Below are positions 47,098 to 56,079 of a DNA stretch of 56,079 bases, one piece after another. A program made the position numbers and the translations under genes. Source of the stretch: an uncultured Salinivenus sp. (GTDB lineage: Bacteria; Bacteroidota; Rhodothermia; Rhodothermales; Salinibacteraceae); the NCBI GenBank assembly GCA_964445365.1, contig CAYULG010000001.1:1-56079 (forward strand), written 5' to 3'. The number at the start of each line of letters is the position of its first letter. Within the stretch, counting starts at the first letter, position 1. A model generated the notes under the pieces. The model made no database searches, had not been told where the DNA came from, and was given only the letters and a program-made list of their open reading frames with translations.

Positions 47098-49143
47098 GTG
47101 GCCAACAGAACTCCTACCGACGATGAGAAAAATGGGGCAGGTGTGTCAGATAGTCAGACGCCCGGCGGCGGGCGCTGGCGGCTGATCATCTATGTCGTAT
47201 TCGCGACGCTGTTCGCCCTCTGGGCCTGGGAATACTGGGGAGGAGGAGCAGCCGGTGGTGAACGTATCAGCTACAGCGAATTTCGCAGCCAGCTCCGATC
47301 CGGAAATGTCCAGCAGGTTCAGGTTGAGGGGAAGAATGTAACCGGCGAACTGAAGTCGACGGCCAGTCGGACCGAACAAGGCAATACCGTTGAATACGAT
47401 CGCTTCGTAACCTATCTTCCCTCGTTCGGGGACGAGGATCTTATGAGTATGCTCGAGTCCCAGGGGGTGGAGGTTGTGACGAAGCCAGAAAGCTCGTTCC
47501 CTTGGAGCTTGGTGATCATGGGGCTTCTGCCAGTATTGTTGTTGTTCGGGGTGGGGTATATCTTCCTCCGTCGTATGCAAGCCCAGGGACAGGGACTCTT
47601 CTCCGTTCGTCAGAGTAAGGCTGAACTTTACGATAAGGGCGAAGAGGACACCACTTTCGACGATGTGGCTGGGGCCGATAGTGCCAAAGAGGAGCTCCGC
47701 GAGATCATCAAATTTCTCAAGAGCCCGGAGCGATTCGAGCGACTTGGCGGCACGGTGCCGAAGGGCGTGCTCCTTGTGGGGCCGCCCGGAACCGGAAAAA
47801 CGCTGCTTGCCCGTGCAGTTGCCGGGGAAGCGGAGGTGCCCTTTTACAGCGTTTCCGGGTCCGACTTCATGGAGATGTTTGTAGGGGTTGGGGCCTCTCG
47901 GGTGCGCGACATGTTCAGTGACGCGAAAGAGACGGCACCGGCCATCATCTTTATTGACGAACTCGACTCGATCGGCCGTAAGCGAGGGGCCGGCATGGGT
48001 GGTGGACACGACGAGCGCGAGCAGACGCTCAATCAACTTCTGTCGGAACTCGACGGGTTTGAAGAAAACGAGGGCATCGTGGTAATGGCGGCTACCAATC
48101 GGCCCGACATTCTCGACTCTGCGCTCACGCGCCCGGGCCGGTTCGATCGCCAGATCACCGTAGACCTTCCTACTCAGAAGTCCCGACACGAGATTCTCAA
48201 GATTCACGCTCGGGAGAAGCCGCTCGGCGACGAGGTTAACCTTGAAGAAATCGCCCGGAGTACGCCTGGGTTCAGTGGCGCCGACCTTGAGAACTTGCTC
48301 AACGAGGCCGCCCTTCTCGCCGGTCGTCACGAACACAAAGAGATTGAGCGATCGGACCTTGAACAGGCTCGCGACAAGGTAATGATGGGACTCAAGCGCG
48401 AAGGCATGGCTCTTGATGACCAAGACAAAAAGTTGCTGGCCTACCACGAGGCGGGCCACGCGATCGTCGGGGCGACTCTTCCCAACGCCGATCCCGTGCA
48501 CAAGGTGACAATTGTGCCCCGAGGCCAGGCCATGGGGGTGACCCAACAACTCCCGGAGAAAGACAAGTACCTATACCGGGAAGACTACATCCTCGATCGG
48601 CTGGCTGTGATCATGGGGGGGCGGGCGGCCGAAAAAGTGGTGTTCGATACACCGACAAGCGGAGCTGAAAACGACCTCAAACAGGTCCGAAAGATGGCCC
48701 GGAAGATGGTCCTCGACTGGGGCATGGGCGAACGGTTTGAGCACATTTCCCTTGGAGAAGATCAGGGAAATGTCTTCCTTGGGGAAGAATTGGCCCAAGG
48801 TCGTGACTACAGCGACGAGACAGCCCGAGAGGTTGACGAGGAGATTCAGCGGATTACTGCAAATGCCTTTCAACGCGCCGTCGATACCCTGCAGGAACAT
48901 CAAGACGCGTTCGAGGGCTTGGCCGAGATGCTGATCGAACACGAGGAGGTACCGGGAGAGGAGGTGCTGAAGCTGGTGAATGGAGAGGCGGAGGTGTTCG
49001 AAGAAGTAGCCGCAACCAATGGCACTCACTCCGACGAGGGAACCCATGCATCCGAGGAGTCCGCCGAGGAGGCTGACGTCGTGGAGGAGACCAGTTCTAG
49101 TGGCACCCCGGACGTGGACGATGCGGCGTCGGGGCAACAATGA
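47098..49143 (+). CDS. ftsH: ATP-dependent zinc metalloprotease FtsH
   Basis: Two TMs, [25 protein letters not shown]. Confidence 0.97.
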   Translation: MANRTPTDDEKNGAGVSDSQTPGGGRWRLIIYVVFATLFALWAWEYWGGGAAGGERISYSEFRSQLRSGNVQQVQVEGKNVTGELKSTASRTEQGNTVEYDRFVTYLPSFGDEDLMSMLESQGVEVVTKPESSFPWSLVIMGLLPVLLLFGVGYIFLRRMQAQGQGLFSVRQSKAELYDKGEEDTTFDDVAGADSAKEELREIIKFLKSPERFERLGGTVPKGVLLVGPPGTGKTLLARAVAGEAEVPFYSVSGSDFMEMFVGVGASRVRDMFSDAKETAPAIIFIDELDSIGRKRGAGMGGGHDEREQTLNQLLSELDGFEENEGIVVMAATNRPDILDSALTRPGRFDRQITVDLPTQKSRHEILKIHAREKPLGDEVNLEEIARSTPGFSGADLENLLNEAALLAGRHEHKEIERSDLEQARDKVMMGLKREGMALDDQDKKLLAYHEAGHAIVGATLPNADPVHKVTIVPRGQAMGVTQQLPEKDKYLYREDYILDRLAVIMGGRAAEKVVFDTPTSGAENDLKQVRKMARKMVLDWGMGERFEHISLGEDQGNVFLGEELAQGRDYSDETAREVDEEIQRITANAFQRAVDTLQEHQDAFEGLAEMLIEHEEVPGEEVLKLVNGEAEVFEEVAATNGTHSDEGTHASEESAEEADVVEETSSSGTPDVDDAASGQQ

Positions 49144-49197
49144 GTTCGCCTCACAGCTTGCCCGGAGCCTTTTTTCTCCAAAACAGCCTCCCACTCA

Positions 49198-49638
49198 ATG
49201 ACTGATCCATCTGACTCATCCCTAATGGACGACACGGACAACACCCGTCCCACCAACGACGATCTCCGCGAGAAGCTGTCCAAAGAGCAATATCGCGTGA
49301 CCCAGGAGGCCGGGACCGAACGGGCATTCTCGGGGCAGTACTGGGACTACAAGGCAGACGGGACCTACCGCTGCGTCGTCTGTGATACCTCCCTCTTCGA
49401 CTCCGACACGAAGTTCGAGTCCGGGACCGGCTGGCCTAGCTTTTACGATGTGGTTGACAAGGGAAACGTTGAGACTAAGCCTGACCAGAGCCACGGTATG
49501 ACCCGAACGGAAGTCGTGTGTGGAGAGTGTGGAGCTCATCTGGGTCATCTTTTTGATGACGGCCCGCCTCCCACGGGCAACCGCTACTGCATCAATTCAG
49601 CTGCCCTGGACTTTGAGGAAAACGGAACGGGCGATTAG
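49198..49638 (+). CDS. msrB: Peptide methionine-R-sulfoxide reductase
   Basis: GTERAF, CxxC twice, GWPSF, HLGHLF, RYCINS. Confidence 0.96.
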   Translation: MTDPSDSSLMDDTDNTRPTNDDLREKLSKEQYRVTQEAGTERAFSGQYWDYKADGTYRCVVCDTSLFDSDTKFESGTGWPSFYDVVDKGNVETKPDQSHGMTRTEVVCGECGAHLGHLFDDGPPPTGNRYCINSAALDFEENGTGD

Positions 49639-49834
49639 GGGCTTTTTAGTCAGCATCGGGCGCCATGGTGCAGGTTTGGTCTGCATCTTGACGTTTTGGG
49701 GTTATAATTCAGATATTAGCGTTGTGCCCGTTTATTACTTAGACGGCACCTCGCAACTCGCTGCGTGCTGAACTCACGCCTCAACTGAGAGCGTATCCTC
49801 CTCGTCCCAAAAATTAACGTATCCCCTCGGTGTA

Positions 49835-50398
49835 ATGACCGAACTGCAGAGAGCAAAGCAGGTCCACTATTTCAACGTTCTCGATTACAACAGCGACGGC
49901 GTCCTCGAAAAGCAGGACTTCGTTGACATCGCTGATCGTCTCGCCGACTTGCGGGACTACGAAGAGGGGTCCTCTCGCCATACGGCCGTCCGTCAAGAAA
50001 TACTACGAATGTGGACAAATGCGCGGGCGCTCTCTGGAAAAGAGGGGAAAGCGAAAATTACTCTCGAGGACTGGTTGGCCCACGAGCAGAAGGTGATTGA
50101 CTCGAATGTTCTCATCCATTCCTATGTCCAGGGCATTGCCCGCGCCATCTTCGATATTCTCGACGAGGACAACGATGGGGTTATCTCCGAGGATGAGTAC
50201 CTCAAATTCTTTCGCTCATTTCGAGGAAACGTGGAGGACGGAGAAATTGCGTTCCAGAAGTTGGACGACGAAGACAAAGGATACTTGACGCGCCAACAAT
50301 TCCTTGAGGCCGTCACCGAATTTCACCTTAGTGACGACCCAGATGCGCGAGGGAACTGGCTTTTTGGGCCCTACGAAGAAGCGGGCTCTTCTGCCTGA
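49835..50398 (+). CDS. EF-hand calcium-binding protein (calerythrin/SCP-like)
   Basis: DYNSDGVLEKQD, DEDNDGVISEDE, DDEDKGYLTRQQ loops. Confidence 0.88.
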   Translation: MTELQRAKQVHYFNVLDYNSDGVLEKQDFVDIADRLADLRDYEEGSSRHTAVRQEILRMWTNARALSGKEGKAKITLEDWLAHEQKVIDSNVLIHSYVQGIARAIFDILDEDNDGVISEDEYLKFFRSFRGNVEDGEIAFQKLDDEDKGYLTRQQFLEAVTEFHLSDDPDARGNWLFGPYEEAGSSA

Positions 50399-50479
50399 AT
50401 CCCCTTGACGGTTGAAATTGATTGAGTCCAGCGTTGCCTCCGGTTTCGACAGCGAAATTTGGAAATTTCCAATACGACA

Positions 50480-50514
50480 GAAAAGGCCCCCCACCTCCCG
50501 GGGCACCCTTTTTC
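50480..50514 (-). terminator. Probable (possibly bidirectional) terminator between the convergent EF-hand and hppD genes
   Basis: GAAAAGGCCCC...GGGGCACCCTTTTTC, GC stem flanked by A and T tracts. Confidence 0.55.
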
Positions 50515-50536
50515 AGTTAGTCCCTGGTATTTGGTT

Positions 50537-51682
50537 TTATAGATTCCCCCTCCGCTCCTGCTCGCGCTCAATGGCTTTAAAGAGGGCCTTGAAGTTCCCA
50601 GCTCCGAAGGAACGGGCACCTTCTCTCTGAATGATCTCGTAGAACACGGTCGGACGGTCCTGAACTGGTTTTGTGAAAACCTGCAGCAGGTAGCCGTCGG
50701 GATCGCGATCGACAAGAATGCCGAGCTCCTCGAGGTCGTCAATCGACTCGTTGATCTCGCCCACGCGGCCCGTCAAGACCTCACGGTCGTAATACGTGTC
50801 CGGCACGCGGAGAAATTCGACGCCACGCCGACGAAGCTCGCTTACGGTCGAGATAATGTCGTCGGTCGCGAGGGCGACGTGTTGCACGCCGGGACCGCGA
50901 TAGAACTCGAGATACTCTTCAATCTGACTCTTCTTTTTCCCCTCAGCGGGCTCATTGATGGGGAATTTGATCTTCTCGTCTCCGTTGGCCATCACCTTCG
51001 ACATCAGCGCTGAGTACTCGGTGGAGATGTCCTCGTCGGTGAATTTGAGCATGTTATAAAAGCCCATCGTTTGGGCGTAGTACTCCACGAACGTGTCCAT
51101 GTCTCCCTCGCGAACGTTTCCAACGCAGTGATCGACATACTTCACGCCCGCTGTTGACGGGGCCTCCCAGTACTCATTTCTCCAGGACTCAAAACTGGGA
51201 AAAAAGAGGCCATCGTAATCAGACCGCTCGACGAATGTGTGAACGGTGTCGCCGTAGGTAGCAATCGTGGCCGTAATGATACGACCGGTTTCGTCTTCGT
51301 GCACGGTAGGCTCTTGAACAGGGGGGGCGCCTCGCTTGGTGGTCTCCTCAAATGATTTTTCAGCGTCGTCTACGTGGAGGGCGATGTCCTTTACACCGTC
51401 CCCGTGTCGCTGTGTGTGGTCGCTAATTGGAGAGTCTGGCCCAAGGGCTGACGTGAACACGAACCGAATCTGGTTCTGCTCGAGCAGGTAACTGACTGCA
51501 TGCGTTGAGCCGGTCTCCGGTCCGCGATAGCCCATGATTTGAAAACCGAACAAATGGGCGTAGTACTGAGCAGCCTGTTTGGCGTTGCCGACGTAGAATT
51601 CGATGTAGTCGGTGCCGTTAATCGGCAGGAAATCCTCGGGTGTTTCGGCGTCAGTTTCAGGTGCAACCGGAGTCTCAGCCAT
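50537..51682 (-). CDS. hppD: 4-hydroxyphenylpyruvate dioxygenase
   Basis: HGDGVKDIA, VDHCVGN, PINEPA, GVQHVAL, LLQVFT, FYEIIQR, FGAGNFKALF. Confidence 0.97.
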   Translation of the reverse strand: MAETPVAPETDAETPEDFLPINGTDYIEFYVGNAKQAAQYYAHLFGFQIMGYRGPETGSTHAVSYLLEQNQIRFVFTSALGPDSPISDHTQRHGDGVKDIALHVDDAEKSFEETTKRGAPPVQEPTVHEDETGRIITATIATYGDTVHTFVERSDYDGLFFPSFESWRNEYWEAPSTAGVKYVDHCVGNVREGDMDTFVEYYAQTMGFYNMLKFTDEDISTEYSALMSKVMANGDEKIKFPINEPAEGKKKSQIEEYLEFYRGPGVQHVALATDDIISTVSELRRRGVEFLRVPDTYYDREVLTGRVGEINESIDDLEELGILVDRDPDGYLLQVFTKPVQDRPTVFYEIIQREGARSFGAGNFKALFKAIEREQERRGNL

Positions 51683-51810
51683 GGCGTATCTGGGATTGAA
51701 TTCAAGGAGGCGTGGAGGGTTGAAAGCGCTTCCAAATATCCGGAGAGAGTAGGATTTACCCAACTCGGGCTGGGGGGTTCCTTTTATCTAACATCGGACC
51801 GTTCTTCTAA

Positions 51811-52554
51811 TTACCTCCTTGAGCCCCTACGAGAGGTGCGGAAGGAGGTGGTATCTTGCTTTTCAAGTTCAAATCGAATTGGGAGCGACATTCGGACTGG
51901 AACCGGTTCACCCTGCCGCTTCGCAGGCCGAAATCGGACCGATCGAAGGCCGCGAACGGCCGCGGAGTCGCAGAGTGGATGGAGGGACTTTTCCACGTCG
52001 ATGTGCCGGATGCCGCCTTCCGACGTGACGGTGAAGCTAAGTTTGAGGCGGCCCTCGATGCCTTGCCTCCGAGCTTTATGGGGATAGCTAATGTGAAGGT
52101 AGAGCGCGTGGTTGCCTCCGACGAGTTGCGGCTTACGATCTGTGCCCGTGAGAGTAGTGATGGAAACCACCTCTTTGTCAGAGATTTTGGTGTTCCGGTC
52201 ATCCTCTTTCCCGGTGTTCCCAGGGTTTGTATCTCCCTTATTCACCGCCATCGTCCGTGACTCTTTCACGCGAGGTCCCTGGCGAGTCGGCGGAGGAGAA
52301 TCGTCATCCTTCCTCGATGTCTCCTCTTCGAAGACGTCCTCGTCGGCGTCCTCTGATCGATCAACCTCACTAATGGAAATCACTGTTGGTGCGCGGACAT
52401 ACCAGGTCGGGGGTTCAAATCCCGCACCGAATGGCAGATGAAGAACAAGGAGAAGAACCCCCAGGCTGCCCAGAAGACCCAGCAGGATACGCGTCGAGTA
52501 ATCGCAGAGAAGGACCGACTGGAACCGGGATCGCTGTCGACCATTCTCGGGCAT
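51811..52554 (-). CDS. tonB: Energy transducer TonB family protein
   Basis: N-terminal TM, charged linker, YPHKARRQGIEG...F.PA...G.PV C-terminal domain. Confidence 0.85.
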   Translation of the reverse strand: MPENGRQRSRFQSVLLCDYSTRILLGLLGSLGVLLLVLHLPFGAGFEPPTWYVRAPTVISISEVDRSEDADEDVFEEETSRKDDDSPPPTRQGPRVKESRTMAVNKGDTNPGNTGKEDDRNTKISDKEVVSITTLTGTDRKPQLVGGNHALYLHISYPHKARRQGIEGRLKLSFTVTSEGGIRHIDVEKSLHPLCDSAAVRGLRSVRFRPAKRQGEPVPVRMSLPIRFELEKQDTTSFRTSRRGSRR

Positions 52555-52811
52555 AACCCGGGAGGGAAGCTGGTTTAAGCAGACATCGTCATTTCTTCAT
52601 ACAGGGCTGGACGTGAAAAGTGCCGACGGGTCGGTGAGTTTGTCAATCATTGAGAGGGCCACTTACTCACGGGGTGTCTTGAGAGTCTCGCGGTCGCCTG
52701 CTAATTTCCCGTGCCGTCGGTTGACAGTGACCTGCGCGCAGGATACCGCATGGTCCGTATTGGTACGCCGACAGTATCGGTTCCTTTCCATTTCCAACTC
52801 CCTCAAGCCCC

Positions 52812-53813
52812 ATGTTTGATGCCCTCGTTCTTGATCGCTCCGTCGGGGACCTCGTCGTTGACGTGCGACAACTGGATTTGGCCGATCTTCCCGACGCAGG
52901 GCCAGACGAGGTCCGAGTCGAGGTCCTTTACTCTAGCCTGAACTACAAAGATGCGCTTGCAGTCACCGGGGCGGGAAAAATCATTCGGAGCGGCTACCCG
53001 ATCGTGCCGGGCATCGACCTGGTAGGCCGCGTGGTTGAGAGTAGAGTCGATGCCTTCGAGCCCGGGGACGACGTTATCGGCACCGGGTGGCAGCTCGGAG
53101 AGGTAGATTGGGGCGGATACAGTCAGCAGGCGAAGGTAGATGGCACCAAGCTCGTGCCCCTGCCCGACACGTTGACGCCGAAGCAGGCAATGGTGGCGGG
53201 CACGGCCGGGTTTACGGCAATGCTTTCCGTAATGGCCTTGGAAGAACACGACGTGGAGCCCGACGATGGGGAAGTAGTGGTTACGGGCGCGTCGGGGGGC
53301 GCTGGGAGCCTGGGTGTCTCGCTGCTGCGCGGTCTCGATTACGACGTGGTGGCCTCGACCGGGAGCACGGATACGCACGATTATCTCCGCGCTCGGGGAG
53401 CAGACCGAATTGTTGATCGCACTGCGTTCGAGGAGGGGCCGGAGCGACCAATGGAGGCGAGCCGGTGGGCCGGTGCACTGGATGCCGTTGGAGGAAAAAC
53501 CCTTTCCACGATCCTCTCTCAGCTCCAGCGGCACGGCGCGGTCGCCTCCTTCGGAAACGCCGCCGGGCACGAACTGGAAACGTCCGTCTTTCCGTTCATT
53601 CTTCGCGGGGTGAGCCTTCTCGGCATCGACTCGAACACGTGTCCGAACGATCGTCGACGGCGGGCCTGGCGCCGCCTCGCTTCTATTCTTTCCGAGGAGG
53701 ATTTCGACGCCGTGACGGCCCGAACCATTGGCCTAGGCGAAATTCCATCAGTGAGCCAGGAGCTTCTTGCGGGAGATGTTCGGGGTCGCATCGTGGTGGA
53801 TGTACAGCAGTGA
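52812..53813 (+). CDS. MDR family oxidoreductase (YhdH/AcuI acryloyl-CoA reductase-like)
   Basis: SSLNYKDAL, PGID, GTAGFTA, TGASGG, PFILRGV...GIDS. Confidence 0.92.
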   Translation: MFDALVLDRSVGDLVVDVRQLDLADLPDAGPDEVRVEVLYSSLNYKDALAVTGAGKIIRSGYPIVPGIDLVGRVVESRVDAFEPGDDVIGTGWQLGEVDWGGYSQQAKVDGTKLVPLPDTLTPKQAMVAGTAGFTAMLSVMALEEHDVEPDDGEVVVTGASGGAGSLGVSLLRGLDYDVVASTGSTDTHDYLRARGADRIVDRTAFEEGPERPMEASRWAGALDAVGGKTLSTILSQLQRHGAVASFGNAAGHELETSVFPFILRGVSLLGIDSNTCPNDRRRRAWRRLASILSEEDFDAVTARTIGLGEIPSVSQELLAGDVRGRIVVDVQQ

Positions 53814-53963
53814 GGAGGAGGTAGAGAACGGAATTGAGCAGCAGACGGATTGGGCCTCCCTGAACTGTCACATCCCCGGGCACGTATATCTGTCTATCAC
53901 AGCCGGACCGACTAGCGCATCGTCCGCAGACTCAGACTGACGGGGTGGTGTCGTACAAACGAG

Positions 53964-55202
53964 ATGACCGTTTCGCATTGGCAGCAGGCACACCGCGACC
54001 GGACAACAGCCTATGATGTCGTCATCGTTGGAGGCGGGATCGTGGGCGCTTCGACCGCCTACTGGCTCGAACGACAGCGATCCTCTCTGCGGGTGGCCAT
54101 CGTGGAGGCGCGAACCCTGGCCAGTGGTGCCAGTGGCCGCAATGCCGGGTTTGTTCTTCAGGGCACGGCATCCGATTACCTGACGGATGTGGAGCGGTAC
54201 GGGGAACGCACGGCTCGCCGCCTCTGGCACTTTACTCGTTCAAATCGAGACCTCATGGCCGATGAGTTGCGAGGCTCAGCGTTCGGGTGGCAGTCGGCCG
54301 GCAGTCTCTCGGTGGCCGGGAACACCGAAGAGGACGAGCGCCTCCGGGCCAGCGTCTCCTCGCTCCGGGCCGCTGGGGCGCCCGTGGTATACCAGGCGCC
54401 CGAGAAGGTCAACGCACGTCTCTCAGCCAGAGGCCTGCACGGGGGGCTCTACGTCACGACCGGCGCAGTTCTCAATCCATTGCAGCTGGTTCGGCATCTC
54501 GCCTATGAAAGTGAAGCTGCCCTGCGTACCCATCAACCGGTGCAAACCATTCGGTGGGATCGCAACGGCGCGACCCTTTGTACGCCCGACTGTGAGCTCT
54601 GGGGCCGCCGAGTCCTCCTTGCCGTCGGGGCCGCTCTTCCCGATCTGGTGCCGTCGGTGTCTCCGGTGGTGCGGCCGGTTCGGGCCCAGATGCTGGCTAC
54701 GGCCCCCGAAGAGGCGCCGTCGATCCCGGTCCCGGTGTATTCGCATGAAGGAGGCTTCTACGTGCGGCAGCTGTCAGACGGGACGGTTCTGGCGGGTGGG
54801 GGGCGCCACCCGCACCGCTCCGCGGAGGAGACGGACGTGGACGCAACGACGCCGGCCGTGCAGGCCACCATTGAGCGCTACCTCCACACGCACTATCCCT
54901 GGACCCGGTCGCTGTCGATTCAGCGGCGCTGGAGCGGAACGATGGGCTTTTCGCCCGATGGACGGCCGGTGGTGGGGCCGGTGCCCGAGCACCCCGACAG
55001 CCTCTTCGCGACGGGATTTACCGGCCACGGAATGGGCTACGGGTTTCGGATGGGGCGGCTCCTGGCCGAGCGGATCTGCGGGACCGCACGCCCGGATGGG
55101 TACGACCTCTTCGCGGCTTCTCGCTTTGAGGAAGAGGAAACGGAAGATACGGGGGACGAGCCGGTCTCGTCGGGGGCGCGAGCAGACGCACCGCCCTCGT
55201 GA
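53964..55202 (+). CDS. FAD-dependent oxidoreductase (DAO/PuuB-like)
   Basis: GGGIVG, GASGRNAG, W.GTMGFSPDG.P, GFTGHG. Confidence 0.9.
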   Translation: MTVSHWQQAHRDRTTAYDVVIVGGGIVGASTAYWLERQRSSLRVAIVEARTLASGASGRNAGFVLQGTASDYLTDVERYGERTARRLWHFTRSNRDLMADELRGSAFGWQSAGSLSVAGNTEEDERLRASVSSLRAAGAPVVYQAPEKVNARLSARGLHGGLYVTTGAVLNPLQLVRHLAYESEAALRTHQPVQTIRWDRNGATLCTPDCELWGRRVLLAVGAALPDLVPSVSPVVRPVRAQMLATAPEEAPSIPVPVYSHEGGFYVRQLSDGTVLAGGGRHPHRSAEETDVDATTPAVQATIERYLHTHYPWTRSLSIQRRWSGTMGFSPDGRPVVGPVPEHPDSLFATGFTGHGMGYGFRMGRLLAERICGTARPDGYDLFAASRFEEEETEDTGDEPVSSGARADAPPS

Positions 55203-55273
55203 TGAGCCGCCGAAATCGACTCCGTGAACGAGCGAGTTCGACCTACGAGTTTACGACAAATGGTTTCTGGCCT

Positions 55274-55753
55274 GTGCGCGTCCTTCTCCTCGTTGTTTTT
55301 CTGAGTGGTTTCGCCCTTCCAGTCATGGCCAATCCCCCGTCTGACTCTGTCGACCTTCGGCTTCAGGCCCACCGCTGGGAGCATCGACTGCTTTTCGTAT
55401 TTGCGCCGTCGGATCAGGCCGACTCGTTGGCGGCGCAGGAAGAGGCGTTTGACGGGCACGGGGCGGGCTTTCGGGACCGTGACCTGCTGTTGCTGACGAT
55501 CACGGGTGGCGAGGAGGGGACCCTGCGAAAGGCGCCCGGAACAGAGTCGCAGCTGCTCACGGACGCGTCCGTTCGGCGGCTGTACGACCACTTCGGGGTG
55601 CCGGCCGACGCCTTTCGGGTGGTGCTGGTGGGGAAGGACGGGACCGAAAAGCGCCGCGACGCGGAGCCGGTGACAGTCCGCTCCGTCTTTGACACGATCG
55701 ACGCGATGCCGATGCGGCAACGCGAAATGCGAGACGCCTCTGGGGAAGAGTAG
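55274..55753 (+). CDS. Exported DUF4174 domain protein
   Basis: Signal peptide, RWEHRLLFVFAP, VLVGKDG.EK, IDAMPMRQRE. GTG start assumed. Confidence 0.88.
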   Translation: MRVLLLVVFLSGFALPVMANPPSDSVDLRLQAHRWEHRLLFVFAPSDQADSLAAQEEAFDGHGAGFRDRDLLLLTITGGEEGTLRKAPGTESQLLTDASVRRLYDHFGVPADAFRVVLVGKDGTEKRRDAEPVTVRSVFDTIDAMPMRQREMRDASGEE

Positions 55754-55830
55754 ATGCGGAAATTTGGACGCAACCACGCCGGTGCCAGTAAATGTTCAGG
55801 CCTGTCTACGTCCAACCTTCCATACTGAGC

Positions 55831-56079
55831 CTAGAGTTCCACGCCGATCAGCCAGCGGAACGCAAACTCGTCCTCGCTGGGATCAATGAGAGCCGGGTCG
55901 CTGGCCCAGACGGGAAATTTGGCGACGATGTCGAGGCCCTGTAGGAAATCAGACTGGGCCGTCCAGCGGTCGAGGTGGGGAATGTCCGAGAAACTGTAGC
56001 TTGCGCCGAAGCCTGCATCGGCCACGAGGTCCTCTGTGCTGAAGCCCGCAAAGTAGTCGCCATTGGACCACGTGGTGCC
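55831..56079 (-). CDS. C-terminal fragment of a protein running in from beyond the window; beta-strand-like end suggests an outer-membrane domain
   Basis: Frame is open to the window edge: GTTWSNGDYFAG...ADAGFG...FPVW...FRWLIGVEL-stop. Confidence 0.6.
   Translation of the reverse strand, partial: GTTWSNGDYFAGFSTEDLVADAGFGASYSFSDIPHLDRWTAQSDFLQGLDIVAKFPVWASDPALIDPSEDEFAFRWLIGVEL

Overview
A 56 kb, GC-rich bacterial chromosomal segment encoding strongly acidic proteins. Gene content and protein style suggest a Salinibacter-like halophile (Rhodothermota); this is an inference. It is mostly housekeeping: a thiamine operon (thiO-thiS-thiG-thiE-like-thiD), gatB, tpiA, pckA, asnS, secD-secF, purA, ftsH, msrB, hppD, tonB and several hydrolases and signalling proteins. 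I see no prophage, IS element, integrase or CRISPR array. The best candidate for an undescribed system is an 84-codon ORF (33679-33933) directly upstream of secD-secF. It has an N-terminal hydrophobic segment and ends in ...DARPMGP-stop, the layout of a secretion-monitoring ribosome-arrest peptide (SecM/VemP/Apd type) but with a non-canonical arrest motif. Other notable items: a tRNA-Arg with the GCG anticodon, which is rare in bacteria; a degenerate ECF sigma factor fused through a transmembrane helix to an anti-sigma-like domain; a TetR gene that seems to need an ATT start; an AsnRS with a long coiled-coil insertion; and a cNMP-sensor/AI-2E/TerB/adenylate cyclase-FHA cluster. All calls come from motif reading, not database searches.
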